A stretch of DNA of 64,000 nucleotides, taken from the NCBI GenBank assembly GCA_963847185.1, contig CAWJYV010000008.1:416001-480000 (forward strand). Reading direction: 5' to 3'. Source of the stretch: an uncultured Methanosarcinaceae archaeon. GTDB lineage: Archaea > Halobacteriota > Methanosarcinia > Methanosarcinales > Methanosarcinaceae. Positions 33,110-44,869 of this stretch are shown here, piece after piece. The notes beneath the pieces were generated by a model. That model saw only the letters and a list, made by a program, of their open reading frames with translations, searched no databases and was not told the DNA's origin. Each line of letters starts with the position of its first letter. Position 1 is the stretch's first letter. The position numbers and the translations under genes are program-made.

Positions 33110-35499
33110 CTAACGAAAGAATTTCCCATTTTTGTACATTAATACTCCAAGCAGGCAGGCCACTCCATATCCTATCTCAAAGCCCGATGTACTCTTAATT
33201 CCTTCTTGCTCAGCTTCTAGCCCACTATTTTCTGTATTATACTGGTTATTTGTTCTACTGTCATGTTCGAGTCCAATTCCAGTCTTATTTTCTGTTTGAA
33301 TCTCTTTTCCTTTCCATGTTATAGCAAAAGAAGAGAATCCCGGGACGCTGGCAGTAAAATACAGATACTTGTTATCTTCTTTGAGCAGATTGATTGGAAG
33401 CTGTTTCCATTCTTTGTCGCTATACCTGTTCAGAGCAATTGAAGCCTGATCTATGCTATTATTTTGCAGCCAGGATTTTCCCACCTTAAAGCAGATTACT
33501 GGATCTTCGATATTCTTTGAGCTTTCAAATCTACCGTCTCCAATCCATACATTGAAAAACTTGTAAACATTATCAGAAGGCAGACTTGGAACCAGAGCTG
33601 ATTTTCCTTTTAGCATCTCAACAATCGCTATAGTTTCACCAGCGGTTTTTTTTGCGTCGAAGCTCACATATACGACACAGGTTGTATTCTTTACAAAGTT
33701 GAATTTTATGTTTTTTCCCTTTGTCACAAACGCTTCTGCTACTTCTTTTACTTCAATATTCTTTGCAGGTTCACGAGATATCCCTAAACTTCCACCACTG
33801 CTACTGTGAGTTCCTCCGTCTGTCTCTTCACCGGAGCTTTCGTTATCTTCAGAATTATTTCCACTTCCTCCTGTGACATTTATTGTACCGTATTTTGAAA
33901 CCGTGTCGTTCTCATTGATTGCAGTGAGGTTAACTGTATAATTTCCAGGGGCCGTGTAAACATAAACAATTGATTCTTCAAAAGAATCGCTGACTCCGTC
34001 ATTGTTAAAATCCCAGGTCCTTGAAGTTTCATTTTGGGAAAGGTCGGTAAACTGGACCGAAAGAGGTGCAGGGCCCTCAGTGATATTAGTACTAAAATTA
34101 GCTATGGGAATTACTTTTTCGAAAACAGTTATCGTGACAAGTTTTGAATCCGTGCCATTTTGATTTGTTACAGTCAGGTTAGCCGTATAATCTCGTGTTG
34201 CATAGTAGGTATGCACCGGATTTTTCTCGGTTGAACTATTTCCGTCTCCAAAGTCCCAACTTCTTATGTTTGCGTTTTGAGAAACATCAGTAAATCGAAC
34301 AGAAAGAGGGGCCTGGCCTATACTTATATTGGTGCTGAAATTTGCGGCAGGAAGCAAAGGCTCCAGCACTTGAGCAGTAACAAGAGGCAGATAGTCAATA
34401 TTCACTCCGTTGAGAGAATAATACGTTTCGGATATTCCATCTCCATTGGTATCTGTATGAGTCTGGGAAAAACCACTTGCTGAAGGCGTTGCCCAATAGT
34501 TCCCCCCAATATGGGGGCCGCCTATGATATTAGTTCCTGCGGTTCTGGTAGTATTCCAGATACATGGGGATCCATATCTTGAGGAGCTTCCTAATTTCGC
34601 GTTAACAATATTGTTGAAGTAATTGTTGTAAATAATGTTTGTACCGGTAGAATAGTCTTCATAACCTGTTTTTTTGTTCAAACTTATTGTATTGCCTTCA
34701 ATGGTATAGCCACCGCCACCATTTACACTAATACCTACATCGTTTTTTGTAATCGTATTTTTTTCTATCCTGGCTCTGTTCTCAATTAAGGTCGCATCCC
34801 CATTCCCCGTACTAATTCCGTTTGCACAGTTCGAGATTTCGTTTCCAGTTATTACGTTTTCAAAGCCTTCCAGATAGGTAATTCCATCCTGACAATCTGA
34901 AATTTCATTGTTACTGACGATATTTCCACTACCTTCTCTGAAGGTAATTCCATTCTGACAGTTTTGAATTTTATTGTTATTTACCGTATTTGTTAAGCCT
35001 TCAGATATGGTAATTCCATTTTCACAGTTTGAAATCTCATTGTTATTTACTGAATTTAATTTATTACCAGTCGGTATCTCAATGCCAGATATATAATTCA
35101 ATATTTTATTATTTTCAATCTTACACTTGCCTATTCTGTTGATAACTGCGACTCCGGTTGATTCGTCAGTGCCTTTTATAGTAAACCCTTAAAAGTGACA
35201 TTTGATGCCCAGATTGTAAGCCCTGATCCCTCTATTATCGTATCATCAGGATTCCCTGAGAGGGATATAATTCTAAGGTCATTGGTATACGTAGAAATCT
35301 GCTCTGCATAGGCTCCAGGTTCTACAATGATCGTATCCCCTGATTTTGAATTGTCCAGCGTAGTCTGTATTGACTCCCCTTTATGCACAATAAACTCGGT
35401 TGCAGCTGCCCCATTGCCTGCAATAGCTATACTAATTAAAAAAATTAATGTAAACAGTATTATTACATATCTTCTGCTTTCCACACTACAACCGTCCAA
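33110..35499 (-). pseudogene. NosD/beta-helix, 2 PKD and PGF-pre-PGF surface protein split by a frameshift at ~35184
   Basis: ORF 35499-35176 ends KGLL*. Adding one T to GGTTT gives KGFTIKGTDESTG...KILNYISG, which fuses in frame to ORF 35101-33110. GGNYW motif and VPGFSSFAI present; C-terminal SGF plus TM segment. Confidence 0.85.
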
Positions 35500-35878
35500 A
35501 TAAAATATGTCTCAGTTTCGAAGTATAATTCATTATTCAAATGTAACTTTTTTTAGCTTCTATCTGATTATTTGTCAGACTATTTGTCAGACTATCAATT
35601 TTTGAAGTAATTTTCGGAATTATTTCGAGCCTGATTAAGCTATAAAGTAGATTTCTTTATTTCCAATCAAGCAAATAATAAATAATATTTTTCTACTGTT
35701 TTATCATCTTAACTACTTTATATTTTTTATTCCATCGGGCGATAAAGAGACGCATATTCTCAAAATTCATTAAAATTGGTTGCCTCAAATGCTTGGTTAT
35801 TGCCCTCGATTTTTCGGAGAAAGTCCAAAATTTTACTATTTTGTTAGTTCTATATATCGAAGGGAATCAATACCATTT

Positions 35879-37265
35879 ATGAACCCTAAACGCATTCAGG
35901 ACTCATAAATCGGGGAAACCGGGTGACGGGCCTATTGCTTATTGGATGAGTCGCGACCAGCGGGCGGAAGATAACTGGGCTTTGCTTTTCGCCCGGGGAT
36001 TGGCGATGGAGGCTGGTGTGCCTTTAGCTGTGGTTTTTTGTCTGTCTGACGGGTTTTTAGGAGCAATAAGAAGACATTACGAGTTCATGCTCAAGGGACT
36101 ACAGGAAGTTGCCAGATCCCTTGCCCTGAAAAAAATTCCTTTCTTTTTCCTGCAAGGAGATCCCGGAATGAAAATTCCTGAGTTTGTGAGGGAGTATGGG
36201 ATTGGTACTCTAGTTACTGATTTTAGCCCGCTCAGGGTTAAAAAGGCGTGGACAGAAAAAGTTGTGTCAGGTATTGAAATTCCCTTTTTTGAGGTGGACG
36301 CTCATAATGTCGTTCCCTGCTGGGAAGTCTCTCAAAAGGAAGAATATGCTGCCCATACATTCCGCCCTAAACTCTACAGGCTCCTTCCGGAGTTTCTTGA
36401 TGAGTATCCGGAACTTGAAGCAGGGCTCGAATTTCCTGAGATTTCTTCCAGTTCAGGCAAGCTGGAGAATTGTACAAAAATACAGGAAATCGAAATCGAA
36501 AAACTTTTTCCTGCCGATCTCCCTGAGGAAAATCCAGATTTTTTCTACGGGCAGGAACATTTTGAGCCTGGAGAAAAAGCTGCTTTAAAAATAATGAATA
36601 ACTTTCTTGCTGAGAAGCTTGACTCCTACTTCTCTCTTCGAAACGACCCTACAAAAGATGGAGTATCCAACCTTTCCCCTTATCTTCATTTCGGGCAAAT
36701 TTCAGCCCAGAGGGTCATACTTGAAGTGGAAAAGGCAAAAGCTGATCCTGAATCAAAGAAAGCTTTTCTGGACGAAATTCTTGTTTGGAAAGAGCTTTCT
36801 GATAATTTCTGTTATTATAATCCTTTCTATGATAGTTTTGAAAGTTTCCCTGCATGGGCAAAGCAATCTTTGAATGCTCACAGACAGGATCGGAGAGAAT
36901 TCCTGTACACTCTCGAAGAATTCGAATCCGGAAAAACACATGACCCTCTCTGGAATGCGAGCCAGATGGAGCTTCTTAGAAAAGGGAAAATGCATGGATA
37001 TATGCGGATGTACTGGGCCAAGAAAATTCTCGAATGGAGCGAATCTCCAGAAAAAGCGCTTGAGATTGCAATTTACCTGAATGACAAATATGAGTTTGAT
37101 GGGAGAGATCCTAATGGGTACGCAGGAATTGCCTGGAGTATCGGAGGAGTTCATGATAGAGCCTGGAAGGAAAGAGAGATTACCGGAAAGCTCAGATATA
37201 TGAGTTATGAGGGTTGCAAAAGAAAATTCGACGTTAATGCATATATTGTAAAATACTTAGCATAA
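35879..37265 (+). pseudogene. phrB: Class II CPD photolyase with a +1 frameshift after codon 6 (or N-truncated from Met 35946)
   Basis: ATG 35879 gives MNPKRIQDS*. The next frame reads [56 protein letters not shown] and DGRDPNG motifs are intact. Confidence 0.88.
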
Positions 37266-37434
37266 TTTGTCTGCTATTATTTTCGTTTTAATTAATTTTA
37301 GGACTCTACATTGTAATAAATTTCTAACACCTTAACCCTGATATAGGATTTGTTTTGAAAAAAGCTAGGCAGGTCTTATAGATTCTGCCTGTCCATTATC
37401 AAACTAGGGGATTATCTCTCCTGCTGACGAGTGT

Positions 37435-37803
37435 TTAAATATTACCAAATGCGCCATGTACTAAATATATAGAAAGTACATAAAAAATTAAGTTTATAAA
37501 AATTTTGCCAGCTTTATAATCAGAAAGAGCTTGATATTCGTTTTCATATAGCTCAACGTATAATCTATAGGCTATTGATTTTCGATTCCAACTATCAATA
37601 AACATACAACATGCTCCTACTAGCATGATAGAGAAGCTAGCTTTTGTTGCTAAATTAAAAACAACTGGATAACTCTTTATTATTAAGTAAGTAAGTATAA
37701 AGCCATTCATACCTATAAAATATTTATAATATTCATCTAATGAAAAACAGCGTAGATTCATGATTTCACACCGTATGATATCCTTTAACAATGATTCATC
37801 CAA
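37435..37803 (-). CDS. AT-rich hypothetical membrane protein, possibly 5'-truncated by the MITE
   Basis: 122-aa ORF with ~3 hydrophobic segments; its TTG start lies within the MITE terminus. Confidence 0.45.
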   Translation of the reverse strand: MDESLLKDIIRCEIMNLRCFSLDEYYKYFIGMNGFILTYLIIKSYPVVFNLATKASFSIMLVGACCMFIDSWNRKSIAYRLYVELYENEYQALSDYKAGKIFINLIFYVLSIYLVHGAFGNI

Positions 37804-37921
37804 AAACCAATCCTGGTTTTACATCCGTAAGATTTTGATAATCTTTTCATTATCAGAAACTCAATTGGTCATTTGGAATTTGAGAATCATGGGATTAAAT
37901 TTTAATCTTGGGGGTCAGCTC
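37793..37921. mobile_element. Degenerate second copy of the ~130 bp MITE, opposite orientation
   Basis: Ends GATTCATCCAAAAA / TTGGGGGTCAGCTC; internal AAACTCAATTG..GGAAT matches the reverse complement of 7154-7283; same length. Confidence 0.6.
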
Positions 37922-38774
37922 AATATTAAAAATTAAGATGAATATTAACTTAATGCTCTAATACTAATTTTGTTTTCCTGCTGATTGGTAGGTTTGAATG
38001 CTAGTCTATCTAAAGAAATAAATCCTATTTAAGCTCCGCTTCTATAGGAAGGTGTAAGCACTTCTATCATTCAGGAAAAACATAAATTTAAATTCTAATA
38101 AGCTTGCATATGGATCAAGATGATGAGGCAGATACTCAGACAAAGACTAGATGTACGTTTACTAAGATAAACAATAATTGAACTTAATTTACTCGGATGG
38201 ACAAAGATTATTTTTGCTAGGGTAGAGTGTAGACTCAAAAGTTACATTTTATAAAAAATAGTTATCATACTTATAAGAACAAACATAAAGAATAAGTTAA
38301 TCTTTCAAAAAGTAACAATTTTATTTTTTTAATAAGAAAATTAATACGCAGGCGGAAAAACCTGCTTTTAATTGGTCAACTTTTACGGATGGTTTCCATT
38401 CCGTAAAGGTATGTAATGCCAAAATATAACTCTTTACAGTGTTCAGTCCTTCGTTAATGTGTCTAACTACTCAATAATTAGAGTACTTATATTCAGATTC
38501 AGCTGCTTTAGTGAATGTCATTCGTTATGTAATGTCTCCAAAAAATTACTCCAATTATCTTAAAATATCCGATTTAGAGAGTTGTTCTGAAAAATGAAAA
38601 GTTCCTGTGCTAAAACAGCTATTTGTTGGCTTATTTTCTGTTTTCTTTCTTTAATTACTCTTATTTTTTCTATTAGTCATCTATAAATATAAGTATCTCT
38701 AATTTAATATTATTGTTTTTATATTTCTCAATCATATAAATATATAGGCATAAAACCTAAGGGGAGTGACAGTT

Positions 38775-39203
38775 ATGGCAGTAAGAAATCCTGTAGATTT
38801 AATTGTATTTATACTTGTAATAGTAGGTGGATTAAATTGGGGGCTTGTCGGGTTCTTTAACTATGACCTTGTAGCAGCTATATTTGGAGCCATGAGCACC
38901 CTTTCGAGAATAATATATATACTAGTTGGACTTGCGGCACTTTATATGGTATATTATATTTCTCGGAGTGGTGAAAGAAATCCTGTAGACTTGATTGCAC
39001 TTCTACTTGTTATAGTAGGCGGGTTAAATTGGGGACTTATCGGTCTCTTTAACTTTGATCTTGTAGCTGCTATATTTGGGGCCATGAGCACCCTTTCGAG
39101 AATAGTATATATACTCGTTGGACTTGCAGCAGTTTACGCGCTATATTATACTGTTCGGAGTGGTGAAAGGCATCCTGTTACGAGTGGTGAAAGGCACGTT
39201 TAA
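38775..39203 (+). CDS. Tandem double DUF378-like membrane protein
   Basis: Two 64-aa units LVIVGGLNWGL.G.FN.DLVAAIFG..STLSRI.YILVGLAA; start is ATG 38775 or GTG 38766. Confidence 0.85.
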   Translation: MAVRNPVDLIVFILVIVGGLNWGLVGFFNYDLVAAIFGAMSTLSRIIYILVGLAALYMVYYISRSGERNPVDLIALLLVIVGGLNWGLIGLFNFDLVAAIFGAMSTLSRIVYILVGLAAVYALYYTVRSGERHPVTSGERHV

Positions 39204-39397
39204 AGTGAAAAGTGACAAAAATAAACTGCAGAGCAATATTAAATAATAGATTGTCTGAAGAGTTTCCTGGTTTAAGGGCTATTGAAGCCAGTAATATCAA
39301 CCAGTTAAATCTATTTCACACACTGATTTAAAATTCCGGATATTTATATCCGTTCTTTTTTATTTTAATATCTTACTTAATAGTCTCTATGGGCTTT

Positions 39398-39877
39398 TTA
39401 TTCCTTCAATGACCTTAGTTCCGAAAGTATTTTCTCAGCATGTCCGGCAGCTCTTACATTATCCCATATTCTGGTTATTTTTCCTTCAGGGTTTATGAGA
39501 AATGTTGTTCTGGCAGCACTTATAACTTCTTTACCTCTGAAATGCTTTGGGTGCAGGACATCGTATCTTCTGTGAACATCTGCCTGATCATCGGATAGCA
39601 ATTTGATTTTAAGTTCTTTCTTATTGATAAATCGCTGGTGAGACTCTACACTATCCCTGCTAACTCCGATAATCACTGCATTTTCAGCCTCAAAATCTTT
39701 TCTCAAACAACTGAAGTTTTTTGCTTCAAGGCTGCATCCAGGTGTGTTATCTCTTGGATAAAAATAAAGGACTACCCATTTTCCTCTCAGGTCTTTAAGG
39801 CATGTCTGATTCCTATCCTGGTCGAAAAGACAGAAATCAGGAGCATACTGTCCCATTTCCAGTGAAGTTTTTGTCAT
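39398..39877 (-). CDS. bcp: Peroxiredoxin, Bcp/PrxQ family
   Basis: APDF, VVLYFYPRDNTPGC, IGVSRDSVESH. Confidence 0.92.
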   Translation of the reverse strand: MTKTSLEMGQYAPDFCLFDQDRNQTCLKDLRGKWVVLYFYPRDNTPGCSLEAKNFSCLRKDFEAENAVIIGVSRDSVESHQRFINKKELKIKLLSDDQADVHRRYDVLHPKHFRGKEVISAARTTFLINPEGKITRIWDNVRAAGHAEKILSELRSLKE

Positions 39878-40024
39878 GGTTTTTCCCCTTACAATTCATA
39901 TCGTATCAATAAAGTTACTAAATAATTATATTAAAAAGTATATAACATCATCTTATCATTTTAATTATATTTTTCAAGTTTATTTTTTAAGTTTATTTTC
40001 TATTTTTTCAGTTCCTTAAACTCA

Positions 40025-41023
40025 TTATTTACGTTTCCAGGGCAGTACTGCAGCTTCAAATGCAAGAAGAGGTCCCACAAACCATCCTGCCCAGAAAAAA
40101 AGACCTGCTATTCCAAGGCCGAAGAAGTAAAAGCGTTTTCTTGTTGATCTGGCATTATAATCCTTTTCCAGACTTAGAACCAGTGCAGTGATTCCAAGTC
40201 CTAGATTTGCCAGAACCAGAAAGAGAGTAATAAAAACTTCTGGAGAATATGAAGTTTTATTCAATGAAATAAGCATCTGGAGAATCAATGATATCCCTGT
40301 ACCCAGAAAAAAGAGACCCGCAAGAATTCCGGAGATATGTGCAGGATTGAAACTCGCTATTATCTCCTTCTTGAAAAATATTGCCAGAAGCCCGACTAAA
40401 AGAGTTAATCCTAATGGACTGAAGATCAAAAGCAGGCTCTGTCCCTCCCATTGGTAAATCTTTATCTGGTTCAGAGGTATGGATATCCATTCTGTCAGAG
40501 TAAATGTTTCTTCATACCCTATAATTATCCCGTAGTTCCCTTTTTCCTGTCCATAACCGACTACAAGGTAATATTTTCCACTTTCAGGGGCTTTTAGATC
40601 GGATGTAGCAAGAGAATAAAAGGCACTTGGGGTAAATCCTTCATACACAGGTTTCTCAGGCAATTTACTGGAATAAACTTTCGCTCCATACCCTTCGGGC
40701 ACTTTCACCGCCTTCGGGATTTTCCCTTCTTCTGTAAGGCCAGGTCCCATAAGTATCATATCAGGAGTAAAACCTGCGTTACCATCTTCAACAGGAACAA
40801 TCAACCCCAGTGCAATCCTTTCTCCCTTCTTCACTTCAAAGCTGTAGTATCGAAGATTTTCGGAAGTGAGCTGCCCGTAAAAAACCGTGGATTTCTCAGG
40901 ATCTTCAACTTGAATTGCTGTGTCAAGGCTTTTGCCATCCCCTCCAAAAACCGGTACATGGGCAAATACAGGAGTGAGCAGAAAGTTTATGGCTATAAGT
41001 AGAATCAGAAAAATACCGAACAT
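40025..41023 (-). CDS. Hypothetical membrane protein (signal peptide, extracellular domain, 4 TM)
   Basis: Signal ending VFA-HVP; four C-terminal hydrophobic segments. Confidence 0.8.
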   Translation of the reverse strand: MFGIFLILLIAINFLLTPVFAHVPVFGGDGKSLDTAIQVEDPEKSTVFYGQLTSENLRYYSFEVKKGERIALGLIVPVEDGNAGFTPDMILMGPGLTEEGKIPKAVKVPEGYGAKVYSSKLPEKPVYEGFTPSAFYSLATSDLKAPESGKYYLVVGYGQEKGNYGIIIGYEETFTLTEWISIPLNQIKIYQWEGQSLLLIFSPLGLTLLVGLLAIFFKKEIIASFNPAHISGILAGLFFLGTGISLILQMLISLNKTSYSPEVFITLFLVLANLGLGITALVLSLEKDYNARSTRKRFYFFGLGIAGLFFWAGWFVGPLLAFEAAVLPWKRK

Positions 41024-41178
41024 CTAAATCCCCACCTTCTCATGACTATATTTTCTCGGGCAGTGGGTAAATAAGTATCAGAACAAAAAAACAACGATAG
41101 AATTTTGAACTTAATTCCATATTTAGAAACTCATTCTCTTCCCGAAAGCCCTTTGTGAAATAGGCTCAGATAACCCTT

Positions 41179-41508
41179 ATGAGAATCTGGGATATATTTC
41201 CTGAGAATATGTGCAGACAGCATCTTCTGGGGGAACATCGCGAACTGCACGCTCTCTGGTCTATAATCATCAATGACAAAAAGGCATACGCCCACCATCC
41301 CGAAACCCTTCGCTGGAAGGGAAAGCTGAAAGCTCTTTACCTGAGGCATGAAGCTCTTGTCCACGAAATGACAGAGCGCGGGTATAAGCATCATACTCCT
41401 CTCGATCCTGCTCTTGCGACAGGAGAAGCTATTCAGGATAAGCTTGTGACTTCCTACGAAGAGCAGGTTCGAATCCTGAAAGAAAGAGGATGCGGGTGCA
41501 AGGTTTGA
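41179..41508 (+). CDS. Pyrimidine-dimer DNA glycosylase / T4 endonuclease V-like family protein
   Basis: MRIW..HLLGEHRELH...HHPETLRW...LYLRHEALVHEMTERGYKH. Confidence 0.75.
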   Translation: MRIWDIFPENMCRQHLLGEHRELHALWSIIINDKKAYAHHPETLRWKGKLKALYLRHEALVHEMTERGYKHHTPLDPALATGEAIQDKLVTSYEEQVRILKERGCGCKV

Positions 41509-42181
41509 ATTGGACTTTTTCAGGGAAATTCTGATTCAGCTTTCCTGTAAAGCGATTCTTTGTCCTCAGCTGACAATATCTTCTCAATCATTAAAGTACA
41601 AAATACGGGATCAATGCCATAGAGCCTGCTGTCATTGAGAGCTTTGCCTTCAGAATTATTTCACTTCCAGTTTTCTGTATCAGTTTTCTCTGTTTTCTTA
41701 TTTTTAATCTTCAAAAATCCTGATGAAATAAAAATAACTATCCTTTCGATATCCCCCTTGTTTGTTCAGATATGCTTTTTTGAGATCTTATCTACCTAAA
41801 ACATGGATTCTCTACCTGTAAATATCGGTAATTTTATGTATAAGCCTCTAATTAAAGAAATACAATCATCAAAAGTGATGTAATTCTAAATTTGCTTCGT
41901 AGCAGAAAGGGAAAACCGAAGATTCAGTACTTTCAACGGTTCAGAACTCTGATCTCATCTTAGAATATTAATTTTTAATGTAAGTTTGTAGCGTTAGTTA
42001 CTCTATACTCTATTTTCTATGAATCGCGGAATTTTCTCTGTCTGCCAAAATAACAAGCTTGCAATATGGAGGCACTTCGAGTTTGTAAAATGATGTAAGA
42101 TATAGGGTTGAATTTACATGTTGACTTTGATTCTTACATCGCTTCTAAAACTGAATTTATTAAAGGAAAGGAAGTGAAAGG

Positions 42182-42508
42182 TTGACAGATAAAATCGATA
42201 TGGATAAAAGGTTAGGAAGTATGGCTGCACAACTTCCAGGAGTGATGGCTGCACTCGCTGAGCTTAATTCTGAAGTTGTTAAGGATGGTGCTTTAAGTGC
42301 CAGAACAAAAGAACTCATAATGGTGGGAATATCAGTAGCTCTGCGCTGTGAAAACTGCATTTCGAAACATGTTTCTGAAGCTGTTAGATTGGGAGCGACC
42401 CGTGAAGAGATTATGGAAGCTGTCAGCACAGCCATACTTATGGCTGGTGGGCCCGGAGCAGCTTACGGGGGAATTGCTGTTAAAATTCTGGATGAGCTGA
42501 ATATTTAA
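42182..42508 (+). CDS. Carboxymuconolactone decarboxylase / AhpD-like protein
   Basis: DGALSARTKELI, RCENCISKH, GATREEIMEA, MAGGP. Confidence 0.9.
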   Translation: MTDKIDMDKRLGSMAAQLPGVMAALAELNSEVVKDGALSARTKELIMVGISVALRCENCISKHVSEAVRLGATREEIMEAVSTAILMAGGPGAAYGGIAVKILDELNI

Positions 42509-42670
42509 ATGGAATATCTTTGTACCCTCTGGCAAGTGATTCTAAAAATTTTTTGAGCCAAAATACTTCCAGCTGTATTTTCTTGATGGCTGATGCCCAA
42601 AATGGTTTCATATTTGAAGCCAATAAATAACATAATACTTCTTTTTCTCAGTATCTCAGTTGTGGTGTTT

Positions 42671-44032
42671 ATGATGGGTAGCTCAGAACCTTATTTCAAT
42701 CCGGAAATCGAAACCATGGACAGAGGGGAACTTGACGCTCTCATAGAGGAGAGGGTGAGGTACACAGTAAAATATGCGGCGGAAAACTCCCTTTTCTATA
42801 GAAAATGGTTTGAAAAGCACAAAATAGGCCCCTCCGAAATAAAGACTCACGAGGATCTTCTGGACCTTCCTATTGTCTCAGGAAAAACAATTCGGGAAAA
42901 CCAACCTCCTGAAGTAAACGAATTTATGTTCAGGAGTGTAGGTTGGGAGGATGTTTTTACCATTCATGAGACAAGTGGAACCAGCGGAACTCCCAAAAGC
43001 TTTTTCCTTACGTGGGAAGATTGGGAACGTTACGCAGAAAAATACGCCCGAATTTTCAGGTCTCAGGGTTTTGGTCCAGGAGACAGAGTCGTTGTCTGTG
43101 CCTCTTACGGAATGAATATTGGGGCAAACACCATGACTCTTGCAGCCAGACAGATTGGCATGAGCATTATCCCTGAGGGCAAATGCACTTTTCCCCTGCG
43201 CGTTATTGAGGCATACAGGCCAACGGGCGTAGTTGGAAGTGTATTCAAACTTCTGAACCTTGCAAGAAGGATGGAATCAGAAGGGATTAATCCCCAGGAA
43301 TCAGGGGTAAATAAGCTGGTCGTTGGAGGAGAAGCTTTTGCTGACGAGTCCAGAGATTACCTTTCTGAAGTATGGGGCTGTCCCGTGTACAATACCTATG
43401 GGAGTACAGAAGGAACTATGTGCGGAGAATGTGATGAGATTTCAGGTCTGCATGTGCCGGAGGATTTTGTTCATCTTGATGTTTACGATCCGCATCTGGA
43501 TAATTTCGTGCCTGAAGGAGAATGCGGAAGAGTTATTCTCAGCACTCTCTTGCCTGTTGGGGCAAAAGCAGGGACTCTCCTTTTGAATTATGATACCGAA
43601 GACACCACTGTCGTGCTTACGCGCAAACCATGTCCCTGTGGAAGAACCCACATGAAAATAATGACTCCCCAGCGAGAGGCAGAAACAGTATGGGTTGAAA
43701 ACACTCCCTTTAACCGTGTTGATGTGGAAAGGGGTGTTTTTCAGCGCGAAAACATGGATTATTTAACCGGAGAGTATGAAGCTTTCCTTTACGGAGGGGA
43801 AGACGAGGGAGAAACTTTACTGAGAGTCAGTATGGAATGCAAAAATCCTGAAACCTGCGATAGAGACCTTATAAAAGAAAATTTTCTCAGGGCATTCTTA
43901 AGGTATAAGCCTATCCTTTCCCGGGCTTATGGAGAAGGTACCTTTAAAATCATCTTCAATTTCACAGGCCCTATGGAACTCGAGTTAAACATGATCAAAG
44001 GCAGGCCTAAAAGGCTCGTAGATCGAAGATAA
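42671..44032 (+). CDS. ftsA: Coenzyme F390 synthetase (phenylacetate-CoA ligase family)
   Basis: HETSGTSGTPK, YGSTEG, CPCGRT, GRPKRLVDRR; GGTG RBS before ATG 42671. Confidence 0.85.
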   Translation: MMGSSEPYFNPEIETMDRGELDALIEERVRYTVKYAAENSLFYRKWFEKHKIGPSEIKTHEDLLDLPIVSGKTIRENQPPEVNEFMFRSVGWEDVFTIHETSGTSGTPKSFFLTWEDWERYAEKYARIFRSQGFGPGDRVVVCASYGMNIGANTMTLAARQIGMSIIPEGKCTFPLRVIEAYRPTGVVGSVFKLLNLARRMESEGINPQESGVNKLVVGGEAFADESRDYLSEVWGCPVYNTYGSTEGTMCGECDEISGLHVPEDFVHLDVYDPHLDNFVPEGECGRVILSTLLPVGAKAGTLLLNYDTEDTTVVLTRKPCPCGRTHMKIMTPQREAETVWVENTPFNRVDVERGVFQRENMDYLTGEYEAFLYGGEDEGETLLRVSMECKNPETCDRDLIKENFLRAFLRYKPILSRAYGEGTFKIIFNFTGPMELELNMIKGRPKRLVDRR

Positions 44033-44295
44033 TGCGGGAAAAGTCCGAAAGTTTTGTAATCTCTCTTTCTGTTATCCAACTTTTTCAATATTTATCTATA
44101 ACAGAGATTGAACGATTCTTCTTCCTCTTTCTCTTCTTCTTTTTTTATTGTGCTTTTTTTCCATTCTTTTTTGAAAGACCTCTTTCTTTTTCTATGGTAA
44201 GTTTTATTGTCCCCAAACATTAATATTACTGAAAAACAAATTATCTGTTAACCAACTCTTTTATATTCGTGGTCAAGTGAAAAAAACATATATAG

Positions 44296-44322
44296 TAATA
44301 CTTACAATATCCTAAAGTATTA
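44296..44322. promoter_or_regulatory. Putative NikR autoregulatory operator
   Basis: TAATACTT-N11-AAGTATTA perfect dyad right after a TATA-like CATATATA, upstream of nikR. Confidence 0.5.
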
Positions 44323-44357
44323 TCTTATAGATAAATCTTAGATTACCTGGTGATACG

Positions 44358-44780
44358 ATGGAAACAGAATTGATGAGGATAGGGGTTTCCCTTCCCGATA
44401 CCCTTCTGGGTAAATTTGATGAAATTATTGAAAAAAGAGGTTATTCTTCCCGTTCGGAAGGAATAAGGGACGCCATCAGGAGTTATATTTCTTATTACGA
44501 ATGGATGGGCGATATTAAAGGCCATCGTGTCGGAACCGTTGCAGTTATTTACGACCACACAAAAAGGGGTCTTTCAAATGCGCTTGCTGATATCCAGCAC
44601 CATTACTCTCACCTTATAAAATCCTCCGTTCATATACACCTTGATCATGACAACTGTTTTGAGGTAATCGTTCTGGATGGAGATGGCGAAGAAATTAAAG
44701 AACTTGCAGAAGCCATAATGGCTCTCAAAGGAGTAAAATTCTCAAAGCTTACAACTGTAGCATCAAACGAAAAGATGTAA
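44358..44780 (+). CDS. nikR: Nickel-responsive regulator NikR
   Basis: RIGVSLP RHH domain, [20 protein letters not shown]. Confidence 0.96.
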   Translation: METELMRIGVSLPDTLLGKFDEIIEKRGYSSRSEGIRDAIRSYISYYEWMGDIKGHRVGTVAVIYDHTKRGLSNALADIQHHYSHLIKSSVHIHLDHDNCFEVIVLDGDGEEIKELAEAIMALKGVKFSKLTTVASNEKM

Positions 44781-44869
44781 AATTCCGTATATAAGGATGA
44801 GAACTAACTTCGGCGTATTGGAGAAGTCAAACTTAATATGGTGAAGAGACGTCTCTCAAATTATCCAAT

